DNA of 64,000 nt, taken from contig OX597831.1 of assembly GCA_951406725.2 (NCBI GenBank), positions 56,358,001-56,422,000 on the forward strand, read 5' to 3'. The stretch is from Octopus vulgaris. Lineage: Eukaryota. Shown piece after piece: positions 1 to 11,600 of this stretch. Numbering within the stretch: the first letter of the stretch is position 1; every line of letters begins with the position of its first letter. Below the pieces are notes generated by a model. The model was not told the DNA's origin, did no database searches, and saw only the letters and a program-made list of their open reading frames with translations. The position numbers were made by a program, and so were the translations under genes.

Positions 1-329
1 TCTCACAGAGGCAATGACCAAGACCTTTGGCATTATGTTGTGCTTGAGAAGAAAACCCATCAAGCTGAGCAAAATCGCAGTTGTAGAAGATACTGGTGTC
101 ACACAAATTGACACTCGTGCTAGTGGCACGTAAAAGTCCCTATGTCATGCTGGTGGCACATAAAAGCACCCATTATACTCTTGGAGTGGTTGGTGTTAGG
201 AAGGGTATCCAGCTGTAGGAAACCATGCCAAATCAGACTGGAGTCTGGTGCAGCCTTCCAGCAAGCCACCCTGATCAAAGCATTCAAACCACACCAGCAT
301 GGACAATGGACGTTAAATGATAATGATGA
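1..329 (+). mobile_element. 3' end of RTE-type LINE or derived SINE with (GAT)n tail
   Basis: Reverse complement of the 3' UTR seen at 3602-4150 and 29900-30370; ends ggacgttaaatgataatgatga. Confidence 0.75.
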
Positions 330-1504
330 AAATTGCCATACAGGATGTGAAACTTGTATTTGCGTGAACTTATGCTTGTCCATCTCCCAAGACAATGACA
401 CTTGATTTTCCATGCATAGTACTGTTACATTAGATGCAGGGCAATTTTTGGACACATTTAAAATAGAAAATGTGCGTCTTATGTCTTATATGACAGCATG
501 TATGATATACATACATATGTATAAAATATTATGCTCCATTATTAGTGAGATCAACACAAAAATACTGCATCCAGTGAGAGATAAATATCTTTTTAATATA
601 CATAGGATTTGAATTAGAGTTACTATAGTTTCATGCCTCTGAATATACAATGACCGGACAAGCTTGTATAGCGTCTTGTGTATTTCCAACTCTGAATGAT
701 TGCTTAGAAATAAAATACACAGCATGCTATTCAACAATATCCGACCATTGTATTTTCAGAGGCATGAAACTAATTGTAGCTCGATTTTTAAATCCACTGT
801 GTGTGTGCGCGCGGTAAATTTGTCACATTCATACGTAAACAATGACCTTCAGTCAAAACAGAAGGGATGCTACAGAAACAACAAGCTTGACTCTACAAAA
901 ATTCTAACCTATGGTGTTTTATTGTTAATGAATTATACTTCGAAACGGTAATGAAGTCAGTTTAATTAGTCTTCGAAATCAGAAGCATCCTCATTGGCCC
1001 AGAAAGTATTATTTGTACTACACGTGTGGAATCACCCAAACGTCTGTATAAGTGTGTTTTGTTTTTCTGTCTATCAAATATATACCATAAATCGGTAATT
1101 AACTCAGTTAATTTTAGTAGTAGTCACAATATATGTGTGAGCGTGTACGTGCGTGCTTGGAATCACTAGAACTTGGAGGACGGATAAGAGGGTAGTCTAC
1201 CTCGGTTAGAGTAGTAAAATTAATGTTTGGTCGCTTGCAGAGAAAGAAAAAGAAACATCGAAACATCAGCTCCCTCTGACAAAGGCTTTTTTTTTTAATT
1301 CTAAAGGTTAAGACATTCCTTCTCATCATACACTAACTCAATGTTATTATTATCTCCACTGCCACCACAATTAATGTCGGGATCACCGAAGCTCCAAGTA
1401 TTCGTAGAATAATATATTTGCGATTTGCATTTGCCATGATAGTCTAGGTTTGCTCTTGCGGAATTGGTTTGAATCATTCAACAACGATAATTGGTTCCAT
1501 TTAC

Positions 1505-1870
1505 AACAGCATCATCCACAGCTACCACCACTACCATCACCTCTAAACAAATATTCTCGGTTAGACCGACTACCTACGTGCTCTCTAAGTCTGCACGATA
1601 AGAGCTTCCACGGGACTTCATAACAATTACTACCAGCACTACCACCACCATTGTAACTGTTACAAATATCATCATTATGTGATCCCACCTTAACCTTCCC
1701 CCACTTCGATTATCACCACAAATATGGACATAGTAACCATGACAATGTCAACTGCAATCACCTCAGCCTTTTCCCTTTTCATTTACTGCTATTGTCATCA
1801 CAGTCATTCTCGTGATAGCGACGGCGGTTTCCACCATTACTTCATCGATGTTCTTTCCTCATCAGCATAA
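1505..1870. repeat. Degenerate (CAC/CAT/TAC)n low-complexity tract
   Basis: cagcatcatccacagctaccaccactaccatcac... with no credible ORF. Confidence 0.6.
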
Positions 1871-3601
1871 ATCAGTGGCAAATTTCTACTGTCTTCACTC
1901 TCCAAACCATCTTTACATAAAAATGCCGAATCCCGGTCATGCCCTTGCAAAAGACATCAATGTTGCAACATACCGCATCCACCCACTACTAATTCTATAA
2001 AAAAAAAAGACCTATTTGTGTGAGTTATATTAACATCGAGTAGTGTTACCTTGTTACTTTTCACACGACGAATAAAGGGTAGTTATGAGCTACATCATTT
2101 TATTAATCATTTTTATTATTTTCTGTAATTCTCGAACATGTCAACACATGTTATACATACCTTCAAACATACAAATGAATTCAGCACTCAAGCAAGTACT
2201 CGTCCCCACGTGTATATATTCGTAATGTTATTGTATAAAGTGAGATAACTCTTACTAATATTTACTCATTCTTTCCACTGATTATGACAAATAATAGAAA
2301 ATTCTGTTGAAACTTAGACTATGATATTGCTTTCTATTGGCGAGACACAACGGTAAATTTTCAACGTCGTTAACATTTATAGTGTTAGGTGGGTGGTGGG
2401 ATTTTATATTGCTTCTCTTCACTCAGCAAAAAACAGATTTCTTTAGAAAGACTGAATTTCTTTTCAGGGCAAAAAATAGTTCACCACCCCCACTATTGTT
2501 AACTCTATTTATCTTTTACATGTTTCTGTCGTAGGACCGCGGCCGTGCTGGGGCACAGCCTTGAAGGGTTCAGTCGAACAAATCAGTCTCAGTACTTACT
2601 TATGTATAAGTCTGATACTTATTCCGTTAATCTCTTCTGCCGACGGAGAATGTAAACAAACAATACAATTGTCCAAGAGGTGGGGGAATAAGCTCACACA
2701 CCCATATATATATATATATACATACTCATACACAACAGGTTTCTATCAGTTTCCGATTACCGAATTCACTCACAAGACATTAATGGCCCAGAGTTATAGT
2801 AGAAGACATCTGCCCTAGGTGCCTGAAACCACGTGGTTGCGAAGTGGGCTTCTTAACCACTCACCTTGCTGTCATTTACTAGTCAATTTAATAAATTTAG
2901 TCAATTACGTTTTTACTCCCACGCGAAAACAATAAGAAAATTGCATACCTGGCATAGAAAAAAAAGGACATGGTTTTCTCAAAACAGACTGACCAGTTAT
3001 AGTGTATTACAGAATTAATTCTTAATTTTCTGGTTTATTTCCTGCCATGTAATTTTTTACTTTGAGAGAATCACTGCCTTGATCATGCTCAAGTGAGACT
3101 CATAATGGAATTCTTTCCTCACATCAAAACAGTGCGGCTATTCCACAAATTACTCACACATGCCAAACTTTGACCTACAGATGTTGGAGTGTTGTTTCTG
3201 CTCCTTGCCTTTTCTACTTCAGTTATGGTGACCTTTGTTCTATCAAACTAACTGGTTTCATGTCATTTTCACTCATTCCCTAAGGCTCATTCCCATCGAC
3301 CATATTGTGTCTACATACAACATTGTACTAATCCGTCTTCCGTTTCATAGTATCATCCTTCTTCAATTCTCTCCATGCCAGTATTTTTCATGCAGTTGTC
3401 AGTTTACAAGCTATTCAAGTAGACCCTCAACAGTGTTGATTGCCCTAATGTCAGGTTCTGCAAAAGCTCCTTTCTCTAGACCTAATCATGGAAAAATAAA
3501 TTAATTAGAAGCTGTTGAAAATAGTTACCAAAATTTTATGGGCAAAATAAATGTGATAGTATACTGCTTAAAGGATATTTGTTTCTCATCTGCTTCACAA
3601 T

Positions 3602-5185
3602 ATCATCAACATCATCATCGTTTAACGTTCGCTTTCGATGCTGGTTTGACTGAGGATTGCCAAGCTGGGAGGTTGCACCGGGCTCCAATCTGATTTGGCA
3701 AGGTTTCTATAACTGGATGCCCTTCCTAACACCAACCACTCCGAGAGTGTAGTGGGCGCTTTTTAAGTGGCACCAGCATGAGGGCCAGTCAGGCAGTACC
3801 GACATCGACCATGCTCAAATGGTGCTTTTTACATGCTACTGGCATAGGAGCCAGACAGGTGGCACTGGCATTGACCATGTTCCAATGGTGCTTTATACGT
3901 ACCACTCAAGCAGCACTGGCATTGGTCATGCTTGAATGATGCATTATACATGTCACATGTACAGCTGCCAGTCAGGTGGCACTGGCATCAGCCATGACTA
4001 TGATTTCACTTGGTTCAACAGGACTTCACAAGCTCAACATATTGCCTGATGATTGAAGGGTACTTTCAAATGGGCCAGTTATGTGACACTGGCATCAGCC
4101 ATGGCTACGAGCTGACTTAGCTTGCCGGGTTTTCTCAAGTACAGCATATTGGTCATTTGTCATTGCCTTTGTGTTGCCCAACATTGGAAGGTTCTGCTTC
4201 CCTACCACATTCCATGTCTTCTTCGGTCTACTTCTTCCACAAGTTCCCTCCACTGTCAGGGTGTGGCACTTCTTCACTCAGCTGTCCTTATTCATACACA
4301 ACACATGACCATACCAGCACAGTCGTCTCTCTTGCACACCACCTCTGATGCTTCTTCAGTCCAACTTTTTTCTCAGGGCTCTTACACTCTGTTGTGTATG
4401 AACACTGACATTACACATCCAACGGATCATACTAGCTTCATTTCTTTCAAGCTTATGCATGTCCTCAGCAGTCACATCCCATGTTTCACTGCTGTGTAGC
4501 ATGGCTGTTTGCACACTGGCATCATGTAGTCTACCTTTCACTCTGAGCAAGAGACCCTTTGTTACCAGCAGAGGTAGGCGCTCTCTGAACTTTGTCCAGG
4601 CTATTCTTATTCTGGCAGCTATACTATCAGAGCATCCACCTCTGCTACTGACTTGGTCACCTAGGTAATGGAAGCTATCAACTACTTCTAGTTTTACTCC
4701 CTGGCATGTGATGGAATTAGTTTTCTGTACATCTTTGGTGTTTATTGCACCTGTGCATCTGCCACATACAAAAACCATCTTCCCAGTTAACCTTCCTTTA
4801 ATATTGCTGCACCTCTTATGTGTCCATAGCTTACACTAGGTACATCTTATGGAATTTCTACCTACACCTTTTCTACAAATTGAGCAGGGTCATCTACCTA
4901 AAGGGATTTGTGATTCATGTGACTTTGGTTTTTGCTAGGTTGACGCTAAGGCCCTTTGATTCTAGACCTTACTTCTACACCTGAAACTTCTGCTCTAGTT
5001 CTGGTAGTGACTCAGCTATTAGTGCAAGGTCATCAACATAGAATATCTTGAATTCTGTTATTGCTAAGGACTATGATGAATTAGATGGGGCTGAAGACTG
5101 ATCCTAGAATTCTTCATTAGTTGCCAACCCTCACCTTACTGACAACATCCTTGTACATGACTTGTACAGCTCTCACTGACCACTG
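3602..5185 (-). mobile_element. 5'-truncated, decayed RTE-clade LINE (RT C-terminal part, PHD finger, thumb, 3' UTR)
   Basis: YVDDLALIAES..., GLSVNLAKTK, LEVVDSFHYLG, ARIRIAWTKFRE, MLHSSETW, GRSRPKKTW; in-frame stops; (GAT)n tail. Confidence 0.9.
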
Positions 5186-5649
5186 AGTCATATATGTGAA
5201 AGATTAACTTGATTTTAATTGTTTAAGTAAAGGATTATATATACATACATACATATATAGACACAAATCCAAAACTTAAGAGCTGCCACTGTCAGTGGCA
5301 GCATGATGGAAATTGGGTCAAGTGAAAGTAGAGAGGTATTAGAGGTATTAGAGCAGAGTTGAATAAATGCATGCTGTACTCAAGTGGCAAGATCAAGATG
5401 AGTCTAAATCAGATTCCACATGAGCAAGGAACAATTATACAAATACAAATTCTCATAGGTAGGTAACAGTGATTGAATAGAGGAAGGAAGTATATTGTTA
5501 GCAGAGAACTAGATAGATAAAATAATGGAAATCACAATAATTAAGGTTGCATTAGACAACACAACAGTGCCATTTATCTTTATAAACACACCATGATAAA
5601 AGTTAGCCGGTGAACCAAAGGACAGCTTTTATGAGGCCCCTTCACAGAT

Positions 5650-6690
5650 TACCTTGATAATGAATGACTGTGACCACATAATCACAACTGATCATTTAAT
5701 TAACATGTTTGGATGTCCTTGGTATACATAGTGCTCATGGATATGATACAAGGAATGAATTGGGGATAAAGGCTTCTGGGGTTCTGCAATGCAGATGACC
5801 TAACCATTTACTACGGTAACCACAGGAAACCAACCAGACACCTAATCACCTACAAAGCAAACACACAAACTACTTAGAATTTATATTCACCAGGAAACTG
5901 GCCAAATAAATGGTTACAAACAAATCTTTCCATGGAAGAATGAACCACTCACAATGGACTTGTCATTTGTTACTTCAAACTAAGAACTTAAAGGAAGTTT
6001 CAACTTGGAGAAGGGAAATATAGAAGCTGAAAGAGACCCAACAAGTTGTAGGTTCAGAGAAGCACTAGATGATACATCTGACAGTAGGAAAGATCATCAT
6101 CATGATCATTGTTTTAATGTTCACTTTTCCAAGCTTGCATGGGTTGGACAGATATTGAGGTAGATTTTCTGTGGCTGGAGTCCTTTCCTGTCACTAACCC
6201 TCACCTGTTTCCATGCAAAGTAATATTTCACCATGGTCAAACGTATTCTCACATAATATTAGAAATGAACAACGCTGTTTTTATGATAGTGACAATCATT
6301 TTGCAACTCTCATGCGATGTCTAGACAAAGAGACAAACACACACTCACATAATCCATCCATACATACATAACATACATATGTGTGTGTATGTATATAATG
6401 GGCTTCTTTCAGTTTATGTCTATTAAAACTGCTCACAAGGCTTTCGCTGGCCTGGGGCTACAGTAGAAGACACTTGCCCAAGGTGCCACATAGTGGAACT
6501 GAACCCAGGATCATGAAGCAAGCTCCTTCCTAAACTGAGGGCTACAGATCAGATATCTAAATGGGGTAAGATTTCATCCAGATGGAAGATGATATGGTGT
6601 TGGAATAGTACTACAGTTAGAGACATGAAAACTGAAAGACAGATCTGGAAAGACTGTAAGAAATGAAGTGGTAGAAAACAGTATCAAGTA
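5650..6690 (+). mobile_element. Very decayed LINE remnant interrupted by a SINE
   Basis: NADDL (YADD-like) near 5790 and an RWKD/ED-like C-terminal motif near 6580; heavily mutated. Confidence 0.3.
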
Positions 6691-7523
6691 GCAGAAAGGG
6701 AAGCAAGACATTAGAAATACATGCTAAAAGTCATGCACCAAAACATTTGACATTTTATTTATATTACATTATTATTATTCATTTTATTAATATGGAAAGC
6801 TGGCAGAATTGTTAGTGTGCTGGGCAAAATGCTTAGTGGTATATCGTCTGTCATTAGATTCTGAGTTCAAATACCACTGAGGTCAACTTTGCCTCTCATC
6901 CTGAATGAGCAAAGGAAGGAAATGGAGAAATTGACATGCAGACATCAGTTTACTCAAAGATACTCAAATTTCATTATATGGATTTGCATATCTTTGAATA
7001 AACTGATATTTGCATGTCAGTTTCTCCATTTTCTTCCTTTTCTCATTCATATATATATATACATACATGTAAAATGAACAACATTGTAAAATATTTATTC
7101 AACAATTTTAGCTCTAAGACAAACTACTTAATTATAGGCATAGCTTCAGAAAGAACTAGTAGAATCCTCAGTGACTACCAAACACTGATACTAAATGCAG
7201 CATGATAAAAATGAAAGTAATTAATGTTATAAATTCAAGGACTTCTAAATCAGTGTTCACTTATATTCCCAAAATATATTTTTTATCTGGGTATATTTTA
7301 AACATATAAATTACAATACACATATATCCAAATACTTCTGTAGTTCAGTGATGTCTTTTCATGCTTCTGTATAGTGCAGCAATAGCATTTGCTACCAACT
7401 GACAATCATACTACTTTGGTTCAATTTTTCCCCACCCATTTCCCAAGACGATAGTGGGGGTGTAGGGACACACGAAAATAGCGCGGAAAACGGAAGTTAA
7501 ACGATGATGATGAATGTATATAA

Positions 7524-7822
7524 GATTTTCTTTCTCCATCTTCCCTTCCTTGGACTTTTCCTTTTTTCTATATTTCTGACAAAGAGCTCCGCTCGAAACG
7601 TTAAATCCTCATATATATATATATAGTTAATCCAAACATGAACAAAGAGAAAACAACAATGCGAGGACATGGAACAAGTATAGTGTTATTAGACGCTCAG
7701 GAAAGGAAAGAAAGAAGGAGGATTTAACGTTTTGAGCGGAGCTCTTCGTCAGAAATATAGAAAAAAGGAAAAGTCCAAGGAAGGGAAGACGGAGAAAGAA
7801 AATCGCCAACGATACACACGTG
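7524..7822. mobile_element. Penelope-type pLTR fragment with an 87-bp inverted duplication carrying minimal hammerhead motifs
   Basis: 7524-7610 is the reverse complement of 7718-7804 (3 mismatches); consensus ATTT CTGACGA A GAGC TCC GCTC GAAA CG TT AAAT. Confidence 0.65.
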
Positions 7823-8207
7823 GTCAGAAAGCCTTCCTTTTGTACCTCAGTATAAAATTTTAAAAAAATATTACACATGGTGGAAAATTGATTTTCTACC
7901 ATGTCTTACAATAATAATGATGTAAAAGTCATACAAATTAAGAATTTCTATTAAAAAAAAACTTCGTTTCTGAAGTATGTATATTCATGTCCAAAGGTTA
8001 GGCAAATTTCATAATTAGGCAATTTAGATCTTAAGGTTAGGCAAATTGGGACATGAATATACCTAATACAGAAATGAAGTCTTTTTTAAATAGAAATTCT
8101 TAACTTTTATGACTTTCTCATCATCATTATTATAAGACATGGTACGAAATCAATTTTTAAAAAAATGATTACGTTTGGGGTGTACAAAAAAGAAAGTCTT
8201 TCCTGGC
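7823..8207. mobile_element. Foldback / Mutator-like MITE
   Basis: ~110-bp well-matched arms (7883-7992 vs 8048-8158) plus outer complementary blocks, around a core with repeated ggttaggcaaatt; no TSD found. Confidence 0.65.
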
Positions 8208-8553
8208 ATATATCAGGGATAACGTTATTTTTCTTTAAAAAATTGTCTTAGTTGATAAAACCTCATCTTACAAAGCCATCAAAAACAAGCATCGCGAGCT
8301 CGCCTTTTCATTTGTTTCAGATAAATAATAGTTGATAATGAATAAAGTTTTTCTATTCATCTTTCTATAAATTAATCAGCTATTACTCGTGACAAAATCA
8401 AAGATCATTTTGTAAAATTATCTTTTCGATTCTGCATACGTTTTAAAACTACTACTCCTTACATGATTCGATGAAAACAAAATATGAAATTTGTTTCTTA
8501 AATGACAGACTGTTTTAAATCAATTATGAACAAAAAAATAAAACATTTCCATT

Positions 8554-8563
8554 AAAAAAAAAA
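8554..8563 (-). terminator. RNA polymerase III terminator (T10) of tRNA-Glu
   Basis: Run of 10 T on the minus strand, 5 nt after the discriminator base. Confidence 0.85.
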
Positions 8564-8568
8564 TCAAG

Positions 8569-8640
8569 TTCCCATGCCGGGAATCGAACCCGGGCCGCCT
8601 GGGTGAAAGCCAGGAATCCTAACCACTAGACCACATGGGA
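8569..8640 (-). tRNA. tRNA-Glu (anticodon TTC)
   Basis: TCCCATGTGGTCTAGTGGTTAGGATTCCTGGCTTTCACCCAGGCGGCCCGGGTTCGATTCCCGGCATGGGAA: 7-bp acceptor stem TCCCATG/CATGGGA, anticodon arm CCTGG-CT TTC AC-CCAGG, intact A and B boxes, no intron. Confidence 0.97.
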
Positions 8641-8661
8641 TACTTGATAAACTAATGCAAA

Positions 8662-8676
8662 ATATAAATTTATAAA
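8662..8676 (-). promoter_or_regulatory. TATA-like element about 30 nt upstream of the tRNA
   Basis: Minus strand TTTATAAATTTATAT at about -22 to -36; AT-rich background lowers significance. Confidence 0.4.
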
Positions 8677-11600
8677 ATCAGGATAATTTCTCAGGCAAGA
8701 TAATATTGAATAGACATGGAATTTATCAAATAAATATTATATATCAATTAATAGACCGTATTTTAATGTTCAACTGTTCTATTGAAATAATTCTCAATAT
8801 ATAGAGCCAATATGTAATTTTTCTCTTAACAGGGTGTGGAACTGAGCGTTTTCGTGCATTCATATGCAATCATTATCCTTACAGGTTACTTGCAGGTATT
8901 TTCCCTTCAGCCATATTGCATAGAGTTAGAATTACGGGCAATTTAGCTGATGTTGTTCGACCTCAGGTCAGTCTTGACTGAATAGACTTATGGTCAAGGT
9001 TGTGACCATCCTCTCTTTATGTATATCTAGAAATAGACCTTTTTTTCAAGACAGTAGCGTGCAATTTGAGGCAAATTGGCCGCTATTTGTTGCATGTTGT
9101 CAATCGCATACTTAGTGTTTCCACTGTTATTTAGCCCATCGGCTTGATTTATTTCACTATTTATCCCTTCGTTTCCAGACAGAAACATAGCATTACAATA
9201 AGGCCATTTTAACAGCGTTATAGACACGCGGGCAATTCAATAAATTGGGCCTTATAGTATTTATTTATTGTCAGCAAGTCACAGCCTACATAGATCAGAA
9301 TTGCCTTCCCTCCCCATGTGCCCGCGAGTCCCCCCGGGTAACCATTCAATGTGCCCATACTTTAAAACGGCACAGATCAAAATCAGTTCACGTGTGAGCA
9401 ATTACATCGTGGTAAATACATCACTTGTAATTTTATCACAAGGTAATTATCACGAGCCACACAACATCGATTTACTCATTTCAAGTACATCGTTTGTCAA
9501 GTCACCCCCTCCCCCGGCTTTGTTTTATCTTTTGTCCGCAGAGTAAATTACATTGCTTTGATATTATTTAGTTTTTATTCGCAGAATAAATACGACGAAT
9601 TTTATTAACAACGAAAAAGATATTTAAAAAAAATCGGCGTGTCTACACCAGCGTGCCCCCTCCACGATTTGTTTCCTAATAACTTTCAGAAAAATGGATA
9701 TTTTTTAATGGCATTTTCTATGAATGCCTTTCAGATGGTTAAATTATGATTACATTGGAATTTGTTGTCAAAAAGAAACGATGATATTTATATAATTAAA
9801 AAAAAAAACAAACTCGGAGCTGTGGGAGAGAGAGAGAGAGAGAGAAGTTTCGAATAATTAACATCAGTCAACTTTGTTTCTTCATAACTTTCCGAAAAGT
9901 GGGTATATTTTAATGAATTCATTCCATCATATAAATATGAAAACTTTTGGAAATCGTATAAAAAAAAAAATCAATCAAGAAACGAAGTGAAAATCGAACA
10001 ATATATCACTTGTGCAGAAATTTCACGTAAGAGAATATAAAGGTAGTCCAGCGAAAATTCCGCGTATCGTCAATGGATATCCAAAGTTGCGAATTACTGG
10101 ATCTTTTAAACATGTTCATATTTTGTCTTTTATAAATATTTCTTCCTTCCAATATATAAAAAAAGAAAGAAGCATTATCCATTCTCTAAATTGCAGTAAT
10201 TTGTAATTCTATTTTCAAAATTAAACATGAATTTTTTTTCACGAATATATATAGTAAATTTAAATATCAAAAAATTTCTTTTTGTGTCTTTGAATTTCTT
10301 CTTTCATTATTAGTGAAATTTGATATATTTACTCTGCAAATAAAAATAAAAACAAAACAACCGTGAATAATGTTTAGCCATTTATTATTATTTACTGTAA
10401 GACAAGAAAAAAAAAATGCATAACATTTACCGACGTATCAGCTCGTGATGTAAATTACCGGGTGATTTATTTTACCGGACACCATCAGAATTTGTCACGC
10501 TTTCATGCCTCCCCCGCCTGTCGTTATGTGACCAATGTGTATGATCTCTCAGCAATAATATTTTATTTTTAATAACTATAAATTTCTATAATAGCGTATG
10601 ATCAAGTATTATACGAACTATTCTTACTCTGTAGTTTTTATCCCCAGCGGATAAATTTACCCACTGGTTGAGACCGACGGGCGCTGATCGTCCCTTAATT
10701 TCTTTATTAATTTATCTTTACTATATATGCATCAGCACTCGTGTTACTTTCCCGGATTTTCAAAATTTCTTTCTTTAAAATAAGTTGAAAATATTTATCA
10801 TAAAAAAAATTCATTATAATCTAGGAAATTATATATCTATCATATATTTATATTTATAAACAAAACATCTTAAATCCCGTTTCAACACTATTGCGCTAAT
10901 ATTTGTAAAGTGAATTTCACGGGAAGAAAATTCCCGCCCTATGTTAATTAAGTTAGAGCAAGCTGTTGTTTAAGGTTCTTTTGGAGTTTTGAATCGAATA
11001 TTCAGATAAAGAAAGCCATAACAAAAGTTTTCTTTGCTTTTGTTAGTAAACCACTATTTATTTAAATATGACCCCCCCCCCCAAAAAAAAGGCAAAATAG
11101 AATCTAAATAAATAAATATACAAATTATTTATTTGCTGAATATCAGTACCAGAGGGGGGAAAAAATCAAATAATGAAATGAAGTTTAGAAGTGATTTGGT
11201 TAGTTTTGGAGAAATTTATGTAATGTTGCACCTAATTAGTCTTAAAAGACTAATAGAAAAGGAAGGCAAAAAGTCAATAATCTTATCAGTGATGGAAAGG
11301 TTTTTGGTGCCAAATTCCATAAAGGTAGAATTACATTATTTTGTTACTTAAGCTTGTAGTTTTATTAAAAAGAAAAGCTATTAATGTATGACAGAGATAG
11401 AATGTAAACAATTTTAATTGTTACTTTCATCAGGCTTGACGACTTTGCTTTTAATTCTATAGGTATTATAGTTATGTTAATTCTCGCTCAGTTCTGATCG
11501 AAGGTTTGTAGCTGTAGACATCCTTTTTATTTTCATTTCTTTTTTCTCTTTCTAATTCTTTTTAGGTGGACGTTATGCGTACTTCATGATCCAATGTGTC

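Noticed and set aside
7993-8047. Interstitial telomeric repeat
   Set aside because: Only scattered ggttag units within a MITE core, not a TTAGGG array.
9660-10075. Duplicated ~45-bp block (tttgtttc..taactttc.gaaaa.tgg.tat) suggestive of a Helitron-like repeat
   Set aside because: No clear termini; left unclassified.
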